Shown: positions 28,623 to 38,047 of the stretch, in pieces | How positions within the stretch are numbered: the stretch's first letter is position 1 | Layout of the letters: each line of letters opens with the position of its first letter | Assembly: GCA_043826565.1 (NCBI GenBank) | Contig: JBDRPX010000028.1 | Location: 16,607 to 80,606, forward strand | DNA from: Candidatus Omnitrophota bacterium | Lineage (GTDB): Bacteria; Omnitrophota; Gorgyraeia; B26-G9 | Reading direction: 5' to 3' | Length of the DNA stretch: 64,000 bases | Notes under the pieces: model-generated | Databases searched by the model: none | What the model was told of the DNA's origin: nothing | What the model saw: the letters and a program-made list of their open reading frames with translations, nothing else | Translations under genes and position numbers: made by a program

Positions 28623-29558
28623 TTATTTTTTCTGAGCCAGGACATTGGCGATGCTGTATTTATAAGCCGCGCCCACAGAGTTGATGACGTCCATTAAAGC
28701 TTTGTCATAAGCAGACATATCAATACTGCCTTTTTCCGGCCCGGCAATATCCGCGATATTCATGATCGGCAGAGGCATTTCCAGAATCGGCAGCCACTGG
28801 GTATAAAGGTCATAACGCATTTTTTTATTACCCTTAAACCCGACTTCCTGCCCGCGGATATCCGCGCTTAAAAGAACATTAAATGACTGCAGTATCGGAG
28901 TGCCGCCGCTGCCTTTATCTACTCTAAAATTAATCTGCAAAAATCCGTCCGCGCCCAGTTCATGAGTTATCTCCGCGACATTCATCGCTACTTTGATCAT
29001 GCCTAAAGGCCCGGGGAAAAGCCCTAATCCGGTGGCGGATACTTTTTGCGTTTTGGTTACAACCGTATCCGACATCATTCCTGATTTTACTCCGCGTCCG
29101 GCTTTTTCTTCAGCCAGGTTGAATGTCTGATATAATTCGTTTTGGCCGACTTCTTCGGTAGAAATTATCTCGATGCCGTTGTCTTTAAAAATTTCCGTAA
29201 CAATGTCATAAACCCGGTTTACAGTATTGGTGTAATAATCTTTGTCTAAATCCAAGGTGCTGGTTTTTGTGGTGGTTGTATAAAATTGCCGGCCCTGATT
29301 AGCCGCGGATCTGGCAGCGGCTCTGCTGGCAAATGCTCCTGCACTTACCTCTTTGGAGGTAACAAACTCTCCGTAACATTCCAGGATTACCAGTTTTTTA
29401 ATATTTTTTGATTTAAGTATTTTTACATTCGCTTTGGCAATTTTTCTGGCGATCTTTTCCGTATCGCTGAATTTTGCTTCGTCATACTTCAGCGGCCCGG
29501 CATATACCGCGGACTGACAGAGTAAAACCATTACTGCTGACCATAACCATTTTTTCAT
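28623..29558 (-). CDS. Secreted hypothetical protein
   Basis: AGGAGG RBS before ATG 29558; signal peptide ending VYA; long ORF; family not recognised. Confidence 0.7.
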   Translation of the reverse strand: MKKWLWSAVMVLLCQSAVYAGPLKYDEAKFSDTEKIARKIAKANVKILKSKNIKKLVILECYGEFVTSKEVSAGAFASRAAARSAANQGRQFYTTTTKTSTLDLDKDYYTNTVNRVYDIVTEIFKDNGIEIISTEEVGQNELYQTFNLAEEKAGRGVKSGMMSDTVVTKTQKVSATGLGLFPGPLGMIKVAMNVAEITHELGADGFLQINFRVDKGSGGTPILQSFNVLLSADIRGQEVGFKGNKKMRYDLYTQWLPILEMPLPIMNIADIAGPEKGSIDMSAYDKALMDVINSVGAAYKYSIANVLAQKK

Positions 29559-29745
29559 AAATCCTCCTTTCAAGTGTTTATAATTTAGGACAATATATTT
29601 AATTTATTATACTAATTTATCATTTCCGGGGCAAGAAATAACTGGAATATAAAAAAAGTATTTATGGTAAAAGGTTTACTTTTGTGTTAGAATTTTTAAT
29701 GGATTTATAAACTTTAAATTTGTGTCGGATACATGGAGGTTTAAG

Positions 29746-30798
29746 ATGCTGGAAATTTTAGTTGTTGATGATGAGCGTGAAATAGCCAAAGCTCTCAAGA
29801 ATTTTTTCATTGCGAAAAATTATACGGTGTATGTTGCCAATAACGGCAAAAAAGCGATTGAAATAGTTAAAACACACCGGCCTCATCTTGTCTTTTTAGA
29901 TATCCGCATGCCGGAGATGGATGGACTGACAGTTCTCCGGACTATCCGAGAATATGATAAATCAATAAAAGTTATTATGGTTACCGCCTTTGGTACGCGT
30001 GAGATCGTTAATGAAGCCATGCGTCTGGGCGCGGCTGATTTTATCCGCAAGCCTTTTACTCTCGACTATCTGGAACATGATGTTATGGAAAAAGTAAATG
30101 TTCAGTTATTCGAAGATTTGCGCACAGAGATAAGTGAAAAAGATGATCTTATCGACCAATTACAAAAACTAAACAAAAGAGTATCACGCAATTTTTATCA
30201 GACCATGCTTTCTTTGGCCGCGGCATTAGAAGCCCGGGATCAATATACCCACGGACATTCCGAACGGGTTGATTTATTCAGCAAACTTATTGCCGGAGAA
30301 TTAAAAGCGAATAATAATCCTGTGGTCACAACAAAATTCTTTGATGATTTGCATATTGAATCACGGTTGCATGATATCGGTAAGATCGCGATCCCGGATG
30401 ATATTTTAAACAAACCGGGGAAGTTGACCAAAGAAGAATTCCGTGAAATCCAAAGACATCCCGCGGAGAGCGCGCGTATTTTAGCGCCGTTGGATGGGAT
30501 TAAAGAACATATTGATGTTGTTTATAACCATCATGAGCGTTTTGACGGCACCGGGTATCCGGAACAGCGGACCAGGCAAGATATCCCGCTGCGGGCCAGA
30601 ATAATTTCCGTGGCTGATGCTTTTGACGCGATGACGTCAGACCGGCCGTATCGTATGGCGATGCCGCAGGAAAAGGCTTTTTCTGAACTGGAAAAAAACA
30701 AAGGCACGCAGTTTGACGCGGAAATAGTGGACGCGTTTGTTTCCGCTTATAAGAATAAAAAAGATAAAGCTAAGGAGGCAATGGAAGCGATCATCTAA
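29746..30798 (+). CDS. Response regulator with HD-GYP cyclic-dinucleotide phosphodiesterase domain (paralogue 1)
   Basis: REC VDDE/LDIRMP/KPF; HSERV, HDIGK, HHERFDGTGYP. Confidence 0.92.
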   Translation: MLEILVVDDEREIAKALKNFFIAKNYTVYVANNGKKAIEIVKTHRPHLVFLDIRMPEMDGLTVLRTIREYDKSIKVIMVTAFGTREIVNEAMRLGAADFIRKPFTLDYLEHDVMEKVNVQLFEDLRTEISEKDDLIDQLQKLNKRVSRNFYQTMLSLAAALEARDQYTHGHSERVDLFSKLIAGELKANNNPVVTTKFFDDLHIESRLHDIGKIAIPDDILNKPGKLTKEEFREIQRHPAESARILAPLDGIKEHIDVVYNHHERFDGTGYPEQRTRQDIPLRARIISVADAFDAMTSDRPYRMAMPQEKAFSELEKNKGTQFDAEIVDAFVSAYKNKKDKAKEAMEAII

Positions 30799-30938
30799 CG
30801 CGGATAAAAAGGACTTTTCGGCTTAGCACTGCTAAATATTAATTATTCCATAATTTATCATTCATACATAATACGCATTAATTTTTTATAAATAATAAAC
30901 CTTAATATTAACTTACAATATTCAATCGGAGGTTTGTA

Positions 30939-31988
30939 ATGCTAAAGATCCTGGTAGTGGATGATGAGCCGGAAATAACAGAGTTACTAAAAAACTTTTT
31001 TTCGCGTAAAGAGTATACAGTTTTTATTGCCAATAACGGAGAATCTGCTTTAGAGATTGTCAAGGAGCAGAGGCCGCATCTGGTGTTCCTGGATATCCGT
31101 ATGCCGGGGATGAACGGATTAAATGTTTTGAAAAATATCCGCCAGATGGATACGAGTATCAAGGTTATTATGGTAACCGCGCTCGAAAGTGATGCGATGG
31201 TAAGAGAGGCTTATTCTTTGGGGGCAGTTGATTTTGTGCGCAAGCCGTTTAATCTGGAGTATCTTGAACGTGATGTTATCGAAAAAGTAAATGCCAAACT
31301 TTTTGGCGACTTGCGGCAGGAACTTGACGAAAAAAGTAAACTGGTCGAACAATTAGCGGATCAGCTTAATCAGATCAGTGAGCTGAACAGTAAGCTAAAA
31401 CGCAATTTTTATCAGACGATTCTTTCTTTGGCCACGGCATTAGAAGCCCGGGACCAATATACTCACGGACATTCCGAACGGGTTGATTTATATTCCAAGA
31501 TTATTGCCGAAGAGTTGAGAGATAATCAAAACTGGCCGATCGATGATGAATTTTTGGATAATCTGCATGTGGAAGCGCGTTTACATGATATCGGCAAGAT
31601 CGCGATTCCGGACGGAGTTTTGAATAAGCCCGGGAAATTAGATGACGAAGAATTTAATTTAATTCAAGCGCATCCGGTAAAAAGCGCGAAAATTTTAGCT
31701 CCTTTAGAAGACCTTAAGGAAAATGCCGAAGTGATCCGTCATCATCATGAAAGATATGACGGCCGGGGATATCCCAGTGCTTTAAAAGGAGAAGATATCC
31801 CGGCCCGGGCCAGAATTATCGCGGTAGCTGATTCTTATGACGCGATGACATCTAATCGTCCGTATCGGAAGGCTTTGTCGATTGAAATCGCCATGGGAGA
31901 ACTGGAAAAAAATAAAGGCACGCAGTTTGACGCGCAGGCTGTAGATGCTTTTATCAGCGCGATCAAAAAAGGTAAAATACCTAATTAA
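30939..31988 (+). CDS. Response regulator with HD-GYP domain (paralogue 2)
   Basis: REC motifs; HSERV, HDIGK, HHERYDGRGYP. Confidence 0.92.
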   Translation: MLKILVVDDEPEITELLKNFFSRKEYTVFIANNGESALEIVKEQRPHLVFLDIRMPGMNGLNVLKNIRQMDTSIKVIMVTALESDAMVREAYSLGAVDFVRKPFNLEYLERDVIEKVNAKLFGDLRQELDEKSKLVEQLADQLNQISELNSKLKRNFYQTILSLATALEARDQYTHGHSERVDLYSKIIAEELRDNQNWPIDDEFLDNLHVEARLHDIGKIAIPDGVLNKPGKLDDEEFNLIQAHPVKSAKILAPLEDLKENAEVIRHHHERYDGRGYPSALKGEDIPARARIIAVADSYDAMTSNRPYRKALSIEIAMGELEKNKGTQFDAQAVDAFISAIKKGKIPN

Positions 31989-31992
31989 AAGA

Positions 31993-32027
31993 TGATAATT
32001 GAGAATTGACAGTTGAAAGTTGAGTAT
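31993..32027 (+). repeat. Heptamer tract (left arm) before the four-helix-bundle gene
   Basis: TGATAAT TGAGAAT TGACAGT TGAAAGT TGAGTAT. Confidence 0.85.
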
Positions 32028-32030
32028 TAA

Positions 32031-32387
32031 ATGTCTAAAAGATTTGAAGATTTACAAGTATGGCAACTGGCGGTTGATTTGGCAGTTAAAATATATAAGA
32101 GTTCAAAGGTATTTCCTGCAGAAGAGATATATGGGTTGACTTCACAATTAAGAAGAGCTGTTGTATCAGTTTCTACTAATATTGCTGAAGGAAGCGGCAG
32201 ATCATCAAAAAAAGAATACCGCCATTTTGTTGAAATAGCGATTGGTTCAATTAATGAGGTGGAAAATCTTTGGATAATCGCACAAAAGATAGGATATTTA
32301 AAAGAAATAGATTTTAAGTTGATAAAAAATAATATTGAGGAAGTGCATGGATTATTAAATGGATTTCGCAGGTATTTGAGTAAGTAA
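32031..32387 (+). CDS. Four-helix-bundle protein (23S rRNA IVS-protein/Avd-like family)
   Basis: FEDLQVWQ..FPAEEIYGLTSQLRRAVVSVSTNIAEGSGR..F..IA.GS..E. Confidence 0.92.
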   Translation: MSKRFEDLQVWQLAVDLAVKIYKSSKVFPAEEIYGLTSQLRRAVVSVSTNIAEGSGRSSKKEYRHFVEIAIGSINEVENLWIIAQKIGYLKEIDFKLIKNNIEEVHGLLNGFRRYLSK

Positions 32388-32419
32388 TTTGTTTTTACAA
32401 TTATCAATTATTAGAAATA

Positions 32420-32502
32420 TGAAAATTGCAGGTTGAATGTTGAAAGTTGGGTATAAATAGTTTTTTATTTTACAATTGTCAATTGTCAATTGTCAATGTT
32501 CA
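32420..32502. repeat. Gene-less inverted heptamer element (copy A)
   Basis: Five TGnnnnT units, 13-nt spacer starting AAATAGTT, then TTTTACA ATTGTCA x3 ATGTTCA. Confidence 0.8.
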
Positions 32503-32517
32503 AATCAAAGGGGGATT

Positions 32518-33375
32518 ATGGAATCAGTTAAAATAGGAATTATCGGCGGCAGTGGAATTTATGATATTGAGGAAATCAAGGAAGTTGATGTTATTGAAAT
32601 CGATACTCCTTTTGGAAAACCTTCGGATAAGGTTATTATCGGTACTTTAGAAGGGGTGAAATTCGCTTTTCTGCCGCGTCACGGCCGGGGGCATACCATA
32701 TCACCGTCGGAGTTAAATTACCGGGCGAATATTTATGCTTTAAAATCATTGGGCGTAGAACAGATAATTTCTGTTTCCGCGGTGGGCAGTCTTAAGGAAG
32801 AATTAAAGCCGCGTGATTTTGTGGTTCCGGACCAGTTGTTTGACCGGACCAAGAACCGTCCGTGTACGTTTTTCGGCAATGGAATAGTCGCGCATGTCGG
32901 CGTTGCCGATCCGTTTTGTCCGGAATTAACCAGCCTGGTGTATGATACTATTAAGGAAGTCGGTATTCCCGTACATAAAGGCGGCACCTATGTTTGTATT
33001 GAAGGCCCGCAGTTTTCTACGCGCGCCGAATCAAACGCCTACCGTCAATTAGGATTTTCCATTATCGGCATGACCAATGTGCCGGAAGCAAAACTGGCCC
33101 GGGAAGCGGAAATATGTTATGTAACTGTGGCTTTGGTTACTGATTATGATGTGTGGAAAGCAGACGAAGAAGTTACTTTAGAAACCGTGCTGGCTAATCT
33201 TAATGCTAATTCCGCTAATGCCAAGAATTTCATCAAGGCCATCCTGCCGAAAATGGACCGGGCGCGTAATTGCGGATGTCCAAGCGCTTTAGCCACGGCG
33301 ATCGTTACATCCAAAGATATTGTTCCGAAAGAGACTTTGAATAAGCTTCAGCTTTTGATCGGGAAGTATCTATGA
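32518..33375 (+). CDS. mtnP: S-methyl-5'-thioadenosine phosphorylase
   Basis: IGIIGGSG, FLPRHGRGH, NYRANIYALK, EGPQFSTRAES, GMT..PEAKLAREAE, VTDYD. Confidence 0.92.
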   Translation: MESVKIGIIGGSGIYDIEEIKEVDVIEIDTPFGKPSDKVIIGTLEGVKFAFLPRHGRGHTISPSELNYRANIYALKSLGVEQIISVSAVGSLKEELKPRDFVVPDQLFDRTKNRPCTFFGNGIVAHVGVADPFCPELTSLVYDTIKEVGIPVHKGGTYVCIEGPQFSTRAESNAYRQLGFSIIGMTNVPEAKLAREAEICYVTVALVTDYDVWKADEEVTLETVLANLNANSANAKNFIKAILPKMDRARNCGCPSALATAIVTSKDIVPKETLNKLQLLIGKYL

Positions 33376-33466
33376 TTAGCTGAAATGTAGGGGCTAAGGA
33401 TTAGGGGCTTTGTCCCGTCTGTCAGACAGTAATCGCTGTTCTATTGATATCACTTATTAGATTAAA

Positions 33467-34339
33467 ATGATAAAACAAATTAGAAAAAAAATTAGAATTC
33501 TTTTTGATGTAATATCTTATTTTATCCTTTCTGTAAAGCTTCATCTTATGCATTCTTATTCATGTTATATCTGTGGAAATAAAACACCAAATATTTATCT
33601 GCCTTACTGGAGAAGGCCTGTTCTTAAATGTTCCAGATGTGATTTAAAATTTGCTTTAACAAAACAAGGCCTTGACGATGTTAAAGTAATTCATGGCCGC
33701 CGCCATTGGAACGATATTTATAAAGAACTAGGATGTGAGGATAACTCTTTGGCCTGGAAAGATTGGCAAAAATGGAAACACGGCTTATTAGAGAAGTTTG
33801 CTTTTTCCGAGATTGAAAAGGAGTTTGGTTCTGCAAGAAGTGTCTTAGATGTGGGGTGTGGAAATGGTATGTTTCTGGAAATGTTCCTGCAGCGTAAATG
33901 GAGATGCGTAGGTGTTGATTTCAGTGAATTTGTTAAAGATATTTCGTTTTCTCCAGAAATTAATATTATAATATCTCCTTTTGAAAAGACACGTTTTGAT
34001 AGCAAACAGTTTAATTTAATTACTTTAATGCATGTCTTAGAGCATTTTATTGATCCAGTTGCATGTTTAATTGAAATTAAAAGGATTTTGAAAGATGATG
34101 GATATTTATTAATGGAAGTTCCTTTGACCCAGGATTATTACGGTATTTATCATCAAAGTTATTTTACAAAAAAAAGCTTATATCTTTTGTTGAAAAAAGT
34201 TGGAATAAAGGTCGTACAATGTTTTACGTATAAAGATGAGATTAAAAAGAAGGCACACTATAATTTTGTAGTACTTGCTAACAAGCTGACCTCCTCCCTA
34301 AAAACTGTACCACTTGCAAATGTGAAAATCAAGTGGTAA
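33467..34339 (+). CDS. Class I SAM-dependent methyltransferase with N-terminal Cys4 motif; 3' end supplied by IS sequence
   Basis: CYIC..CSRC; VLDVGCGNG; HVLEHF.DP; last ~17 codons lie within the IS end. Confidence 0.8.
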   Translation: MIKQIRKKIRILFDVISYFILSVKLHLMHSYSCYICGNKTPNIYLPYWRRPVLKCSRCDLKFALTKQGLDDVKVIHGRRHWNDIYKELGCEDNSLAWKDWQKWKHGLLEKFAFSEIEKEFGSARSVLDVGCGNGMFLEMFLQRKWRCVGVDFSEFVKDISFSPEINIIISPFEKTRFDSKQFNLITLMHVLEHFIDPVACLIEIKRILKDDGYLLMEVPLTQDYYGIYHQSYFTKKSLYLLLKKVGIKVVQCFTYKDEIKKKAHYNFVVLANKLTSSLKTVPLANVKIKW

Positions 34340-34803
34340 AACAGTAAAAGGAGGTGCAGGATGAAAGGGAAAAGATATCCGGTAGAGCAGATCATTGGGA
34401 TACTAAAAGAATGTGAATCGGGGATGAAAACGGGAGATTTATGCCGCAAGCATGGGATTTCGACCAATACTTTGTATAATTGGAAGGCGAAATACGCAGA
34501 CATGAATATCAGTGATGCTCGCAGGTTAAAAGAACTTGAGCAAGAAAACGGACGGCTTAAGAGATTAGTAGCGAATCAAGCATTAGATATCCAGATGCTC
34601 AAGGAGATAAACTCAAAAAACTGGTAAAGCCCGAAGCAAAACGCGAAGCGGCAAAACATCTCATGAATCGTTTCGGGCAGAGTCAAAGACGCAGTTGTAA
34701 AATTGTTAAATTACATCGATCATCGTATAGTTACAAACACCAGTGCAAAGATGATGGCAAAGCACGAACAAGAATTAAGCAATTAGCAAAAGAAAACCGT
34801 AAA
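34287..34803 (+). mobile_element. Truncated IS3-family (IS407-group-like) insertion sequence
   Basis: Left end TGACCTCCTCCC..; orfA; A-AAA-AAC slippery site at 34615-34621; start of orfB in the -1 frame; no DDE domain or right IR. Right boundary approximate. Confidence 0.85.
34361..34627 (+). CDS. IS3-family transposase OrfA (HTH)
   Basis: EQIIGILKE..DLCRKHGIS..TLYNWKAKY..RLKELEQEN.RLKRLVA. Confidence 0.92.
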   Translation: MKGKRYPVEQIIGILKECESGMKTGDLCRKHGISTNTLYNWKAKYADMNISDARRLKELEQENGRLKRLVANQALDIQMLKEINSKNW

Positions 34804-35028
34804 TGTATGTGTTTAGCAAAGAAGTTTTTCTCTAAACTGGAAGAATATCCAACAGATAAAGCTGCGTATCAAAGGAATATTCATAATACGCTTAAGGTTG
34901 CGAAGTATTTGAATAATATCAATAATTTCGATGTTTCAGAAATACGTGTTCTTTTAGACCAGCTTTTACAAATATGGCAGATGGTCTGGGCAGAGAAAGA
35001 TATTGAGGAAACGTTGCTCATTCCATAG
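34621..35028 (+). pseudogene. OrfB N-terminal fragment fused to unrelated sequence
   Basis: LVKPEAKREAA..SQRRSC..LHRSS..RIKQLAKENR, then no YGYRR/integrase core. Confidence 0.7.
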
Positions 35029-35239
35029 GTTTATGCCTAACCTTTAACGTGTTATGCTCCAATAAGTTACCTTCCAAAATGTGATAATATACCGCTATTC
35101 TTGATAATTCCATCTGTTTATGATAGTATAACATATCTATAATTATAAAATATATTAGGTGTGTACCATTGAAAATTGAATATTGAGTATGGTATCAAAG
35201 ATCAACGCTCATTTTGACAGAAGTTATTGACTATAATAT

Positions 35240-36364
35240 ATGCGAAGAATTCTACTACTATATATATCTAATAATTCCGGCCATCACCGGGCGACTTTGG
35301 CGATAGAGGAGGCCTTAAACTTTCTTTGTCCGGAGCTCAAGGTGCTGAATATCAACTGTTTTAACTATACCAACCCGGTATTGGAAAAAGTTATAAACAG
35401 TACCTATAACAAGGTGATAAAGATAAAGCCGGAAGTTTGGGAGTATCTCTATGATAATCCTAAGATTGTGCGGCGTTCCTTAAAGCTGCGGGCGATGATC
35501 CATAAGTTCAATTCTAAGAAACTTAAAAAAATGATCTATAATTTTAAGCCGGAAGCGATTGCCTGTACCCAGGCTTTTCCCTGCGGCATGGTTGCTGATT
35601 TTAAAAAAACATATGATCTGGATGTTCCGCTTATCGGAGTATTAACCGATTATTATCCGCATTCTTATTGGAAATACGATAATGTGGACGGATATGTTGT
35701 TCCCAGCGACCAGGCTAAAAAGCGTCTGGTGGATAATGGCGTAAAAAAAGACAGGGTCCATGTATTCGGAATACCCATAAGTCCGACATTTTCCAAGCCG
35801 TTGGATAAAAATTTTATTTTAAAGAGTTTAAATCTGCAGACGAATATTCCCACGATCCTGCTGATGGGCGGCGGCCAGGGGTTAGGCCCGATCGAAGACC
35901 TGGTTTTTGCGATCAATACAATTGAAGGACAGTTTCAGGTGATTATTGTCTGCGGAACAAATAAAAAACTAAAAAAATGGCTGGAAAAAAGAAAAACTCT
36001 TTTTAAAAAAGACATGGCGATATTCGGATATACCAGGCAGATAAATATACTCATGGATATTTCGGATCTGATCGTAACTAAGCCGGGCGGATTAACTACT
36101 GCCGAAGCGCTTACCAAGGGCCTGCCGCTGGTAATCGTCAATCCGATCCCCGGGCAGGAAGCAAAAAATACCGAGTTTCTTTTAAGTGCAGGTGTTGCGG
36201 TTAAAGCCAAGAACCCGCTGGATGCTGCGGTGCTGATAGAATCGCTGTTAAATACTCCCGGCAAACTGGATAAAATGAAAGCCGCGGCATTAAAGCATGC
36301 TAAACCGCAATCAGCTATGGACACAGCAAAACTTTTATTAAGCCTTATTCAACAGGAGTCATAG
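35240..36364 (+). CDS. MGDG synthase/UgtP-like GT28 glycosyltransferase
   Basis: SGHHRA, VLTDY..H, FGIPI, MGGGQGLG, TKPGGLTTAEAL, PIPGQEAKN. Confidence 0.88.
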   Translation: MRRILLLYISNNSGHHRATLAIEEALNFLCPELKVLNINCFNYTNPVLEKVINSTYNKVIKIKPEVWEYLYDNPKIVRRSLKLRAMIHKFNSKKLKKMIYNFKPEAIACTQAFPCGMVADFKKTYDLDVPLIGVLTDYYPHSYWKYDNVDGYVVPSDQAKKRLVDNGVKKDRVHVFGIPISPTFSKPLDKNFILKSLNLQTNIPTILLMGGGQGLGPIEDLVFAINTIEGQFQVIIVCGTNKKLKKWLEKRKTLFKKDMAIFGYTRQINILMDISDLIVTKPGGLTTAEALTKGLPLVIVNPIPGQEAKNTEFLLSAGVAVKAKNPLDAAVLIESLLNTPGKLDKMKAAALKHAKPQSAMDTAKLLLSLIQQES

Positions 36365-36369
36365 AATAG

Positions 36370-37251
36370 ATGCTGATATATTTTTTATACCGATTAGCAC
36401 AGTGGTTAGCGTGCAGCCTTCCTATTTCTGTCGGTTATCGTGTCGCGGTTTTTATAACCGGGCTTAAGTTTTCTTTTACGAAAAAAGAACGTGTTTTTGT
36501 AAATAATAATCTAAAGACAATTCTCGGCGCAGATGATCCGCGCATTCCGCAATACACCAGGGAATTATATAATAATTTCGGGAAATATCTTAATGATTTT
36601 TTCCGTTCTTCAAAGCTGGATAAAAAATTCATTGATAGATTTGTCCGGATCGAGAATTTACGATATATGGATGAAGCTTTAAGTAAAGGTAAGGGCGTGA
36701 TCGGGCTTACCGCTCATTTGGGCAACTGGGAACTTACGGCTTCGATTCTGGCGGTACTCGGGTATAAGATGAATGCTATTGCCCTGACACATAAAAATAA
36801 GCAGATTGACCGGATCTTTGATCATCAGAGAAAAGTAACAGGAATGAATGTTATTCACTTAGGGATTAGTGTCCGGCAGTGCTTTGCCGCGTTAAAACGC
36901 AATGAAATTGTCGGGATCTTAGGTGATCGTGATTTTTCCGGGGAAAACGGTGTCCTTATGGATTTTTTCGGCAAGAAGATGCTGATCCCCCGCGGCCCGG
37001 CAGTATTGAGTTTAAAAACAAAAGCGGCGATTGTGCCGGCTTTTGTTGTCCGCGAGACACAAGATGACCGGTGCTTTCGTTATATTTTTGAAAAACCGAT
37101 CTACCCGCAAAATTCCGGAAATGATGAAGAGGATATATTAAGGATGACCGAAAAGTTCACCCGGATTATCGAAAAGTATGTAAAGCAGTATCCTCAGCAG
37201 TGGTTTATATTCCACGAGTTCTGGAATCCGTCAAAGGTAGAAATAATATAA
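36370..37251 (+). CDS. Lipid A/lysophospholipid acyltransferase family protein (LpxL/PatA-like)
   Basis: TAHLGNWE, LGDRD, FFG..P.GPA.L, YPQQWF.FH. Confidence 0.85.
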   Translation: MLIYFLYRLAQWLACSLPISVGYRVAVFITGLKFSFTKKERVFVNNNLKTILGADDPRIPQYTRELYNNFGKYLNDFFRSSKLDKKFIDRFVRIENLRYMDEALSKGKGVIGLTAHLGNWELTASILAVLGYKMNAIALTHKNKQIDRIFDHQRKVTGMNVIHLGISVRQCFAALKRNEIVGILGDRDFSGENGVLMDFFGKKMLIPRGPAVLSLKTKAAIVPAFVVRETQDDRCFRYIFEKPIYPQNSGNDEEDILRMTEKFTRIIEKYVKQYPQQWFIFHEFWNPSKVEII

Positions 37252-37253
37252 TA

Positions 37254-37350
37254 TGAATATTGAATATGGAATATGGAATATGGAAAGTTGGATATAAATA
37301 GTTATATGTTTTTCAATTTTCAATTTTCAATTCTCAACTGTCAATTATCA
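37254..37350. repeat. Gene-less inverted heptamer element (copy B)
   Basis: Six (T/G)GnnnnT units, 13-nt spacer starting AAATAGTT, six nnnnTCA units ending ATTCTCA ACTGTCA ATTATCA. Confidence 0.85.
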
Positions 37351-37355
37351 AAATT

Positions 37356-38021
37356 ATGAAATGCTGTGTATTACTTCCCGCATATAACGAAGAAAAAACT
37401 ATCGGTGCGCTGGTTAATGATGTCCGGGCGCAGGGATTGGATGTTATTGTTGTTGATGACGGCTCCAAAGATAATACCGCGGCGGTTGCCGAGCAATCGC
37501 AGGCTGTGGTATTAAAACATGCGCAGAATCAGGGAAAAGGAAAAGCGTTGCGTACAGGATTTGATCATGTTATAAATAATCGTTATGACGGGGTGATTGT
37601 TATGGATGCGGACGGCCAGCATTCTGAAGGGGAAATTCAAAATTTTATTAAATTGGCTGAAGAATCTGAAGCGGGAATAATTATCGGTAACCGGATGCAT
37701 AATCCTCAGGGTATGCCTTTTGTCCGGAGAATGACTAATATTATTACATCTTCGGTAGTTTCTGCTTTAGTCGGAGATAATATCCCGGATAGTCAGTGCG
37801 GATTTCGGCTGATCAAGACCGAAGTGCTTAAAAAGCTCAGTCTTTCTACAATAAATTATGATACGGAAACAGAAATATTGCTTGAAGCCAGCCGGGCTAA
37901 ATTCCGGATTGAATCCATCCCCATCAAAACAGTCTATGCCGACCAAAAAAGCCAAATTAATCCTTTTATCGATACATTGCGGTTTTGGAGTTTGATAATC
38001 AGAAGCTTATTTAAGAAATAG
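37356..38021 (+). CDS. GT2 glycosyltransferase (DPM1-like)
   Basis: PAYNEE, VVDDGSKD, NQGKG.A, MDADGQH, DSQCGFR. Confidence 0.9.
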   Translation: MKCCVLLPAYNEEKTIGALVNDVRAQGLDVIVVDDGSKDNTAAVAEQSQAVVLKHAQNQGKGKALRTGFDHVINNRYDGVIVMDADGQHSEGEIQNFIKLAEESEAGIIIGNRMHNPQGMPFVRRMTNIITSSVVSALVGDNIPDSQCGFRLIKTEVLKKLSLSTINYDTETEILLEASRAKFRIESIPIKTVYADQKSQINPFIDTLRFWSLIIRSLFKK

Positions 38022-38047
38022 TGTTTAAAGAAGGGGAAGTTCCGGGT

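Noticed and set aside
32031-32387. Four-helix-bundle gene as part of a 23S rRNA intervening sequence
   Set aside because: Flanked by protein-coding genes; no rRNA sequence recognisable.
31993-37350. Heptamer tracts as CRISPR arrays
   Set aside because: Units are 7 nt, contiguous, without unique spacers; no cas genes.
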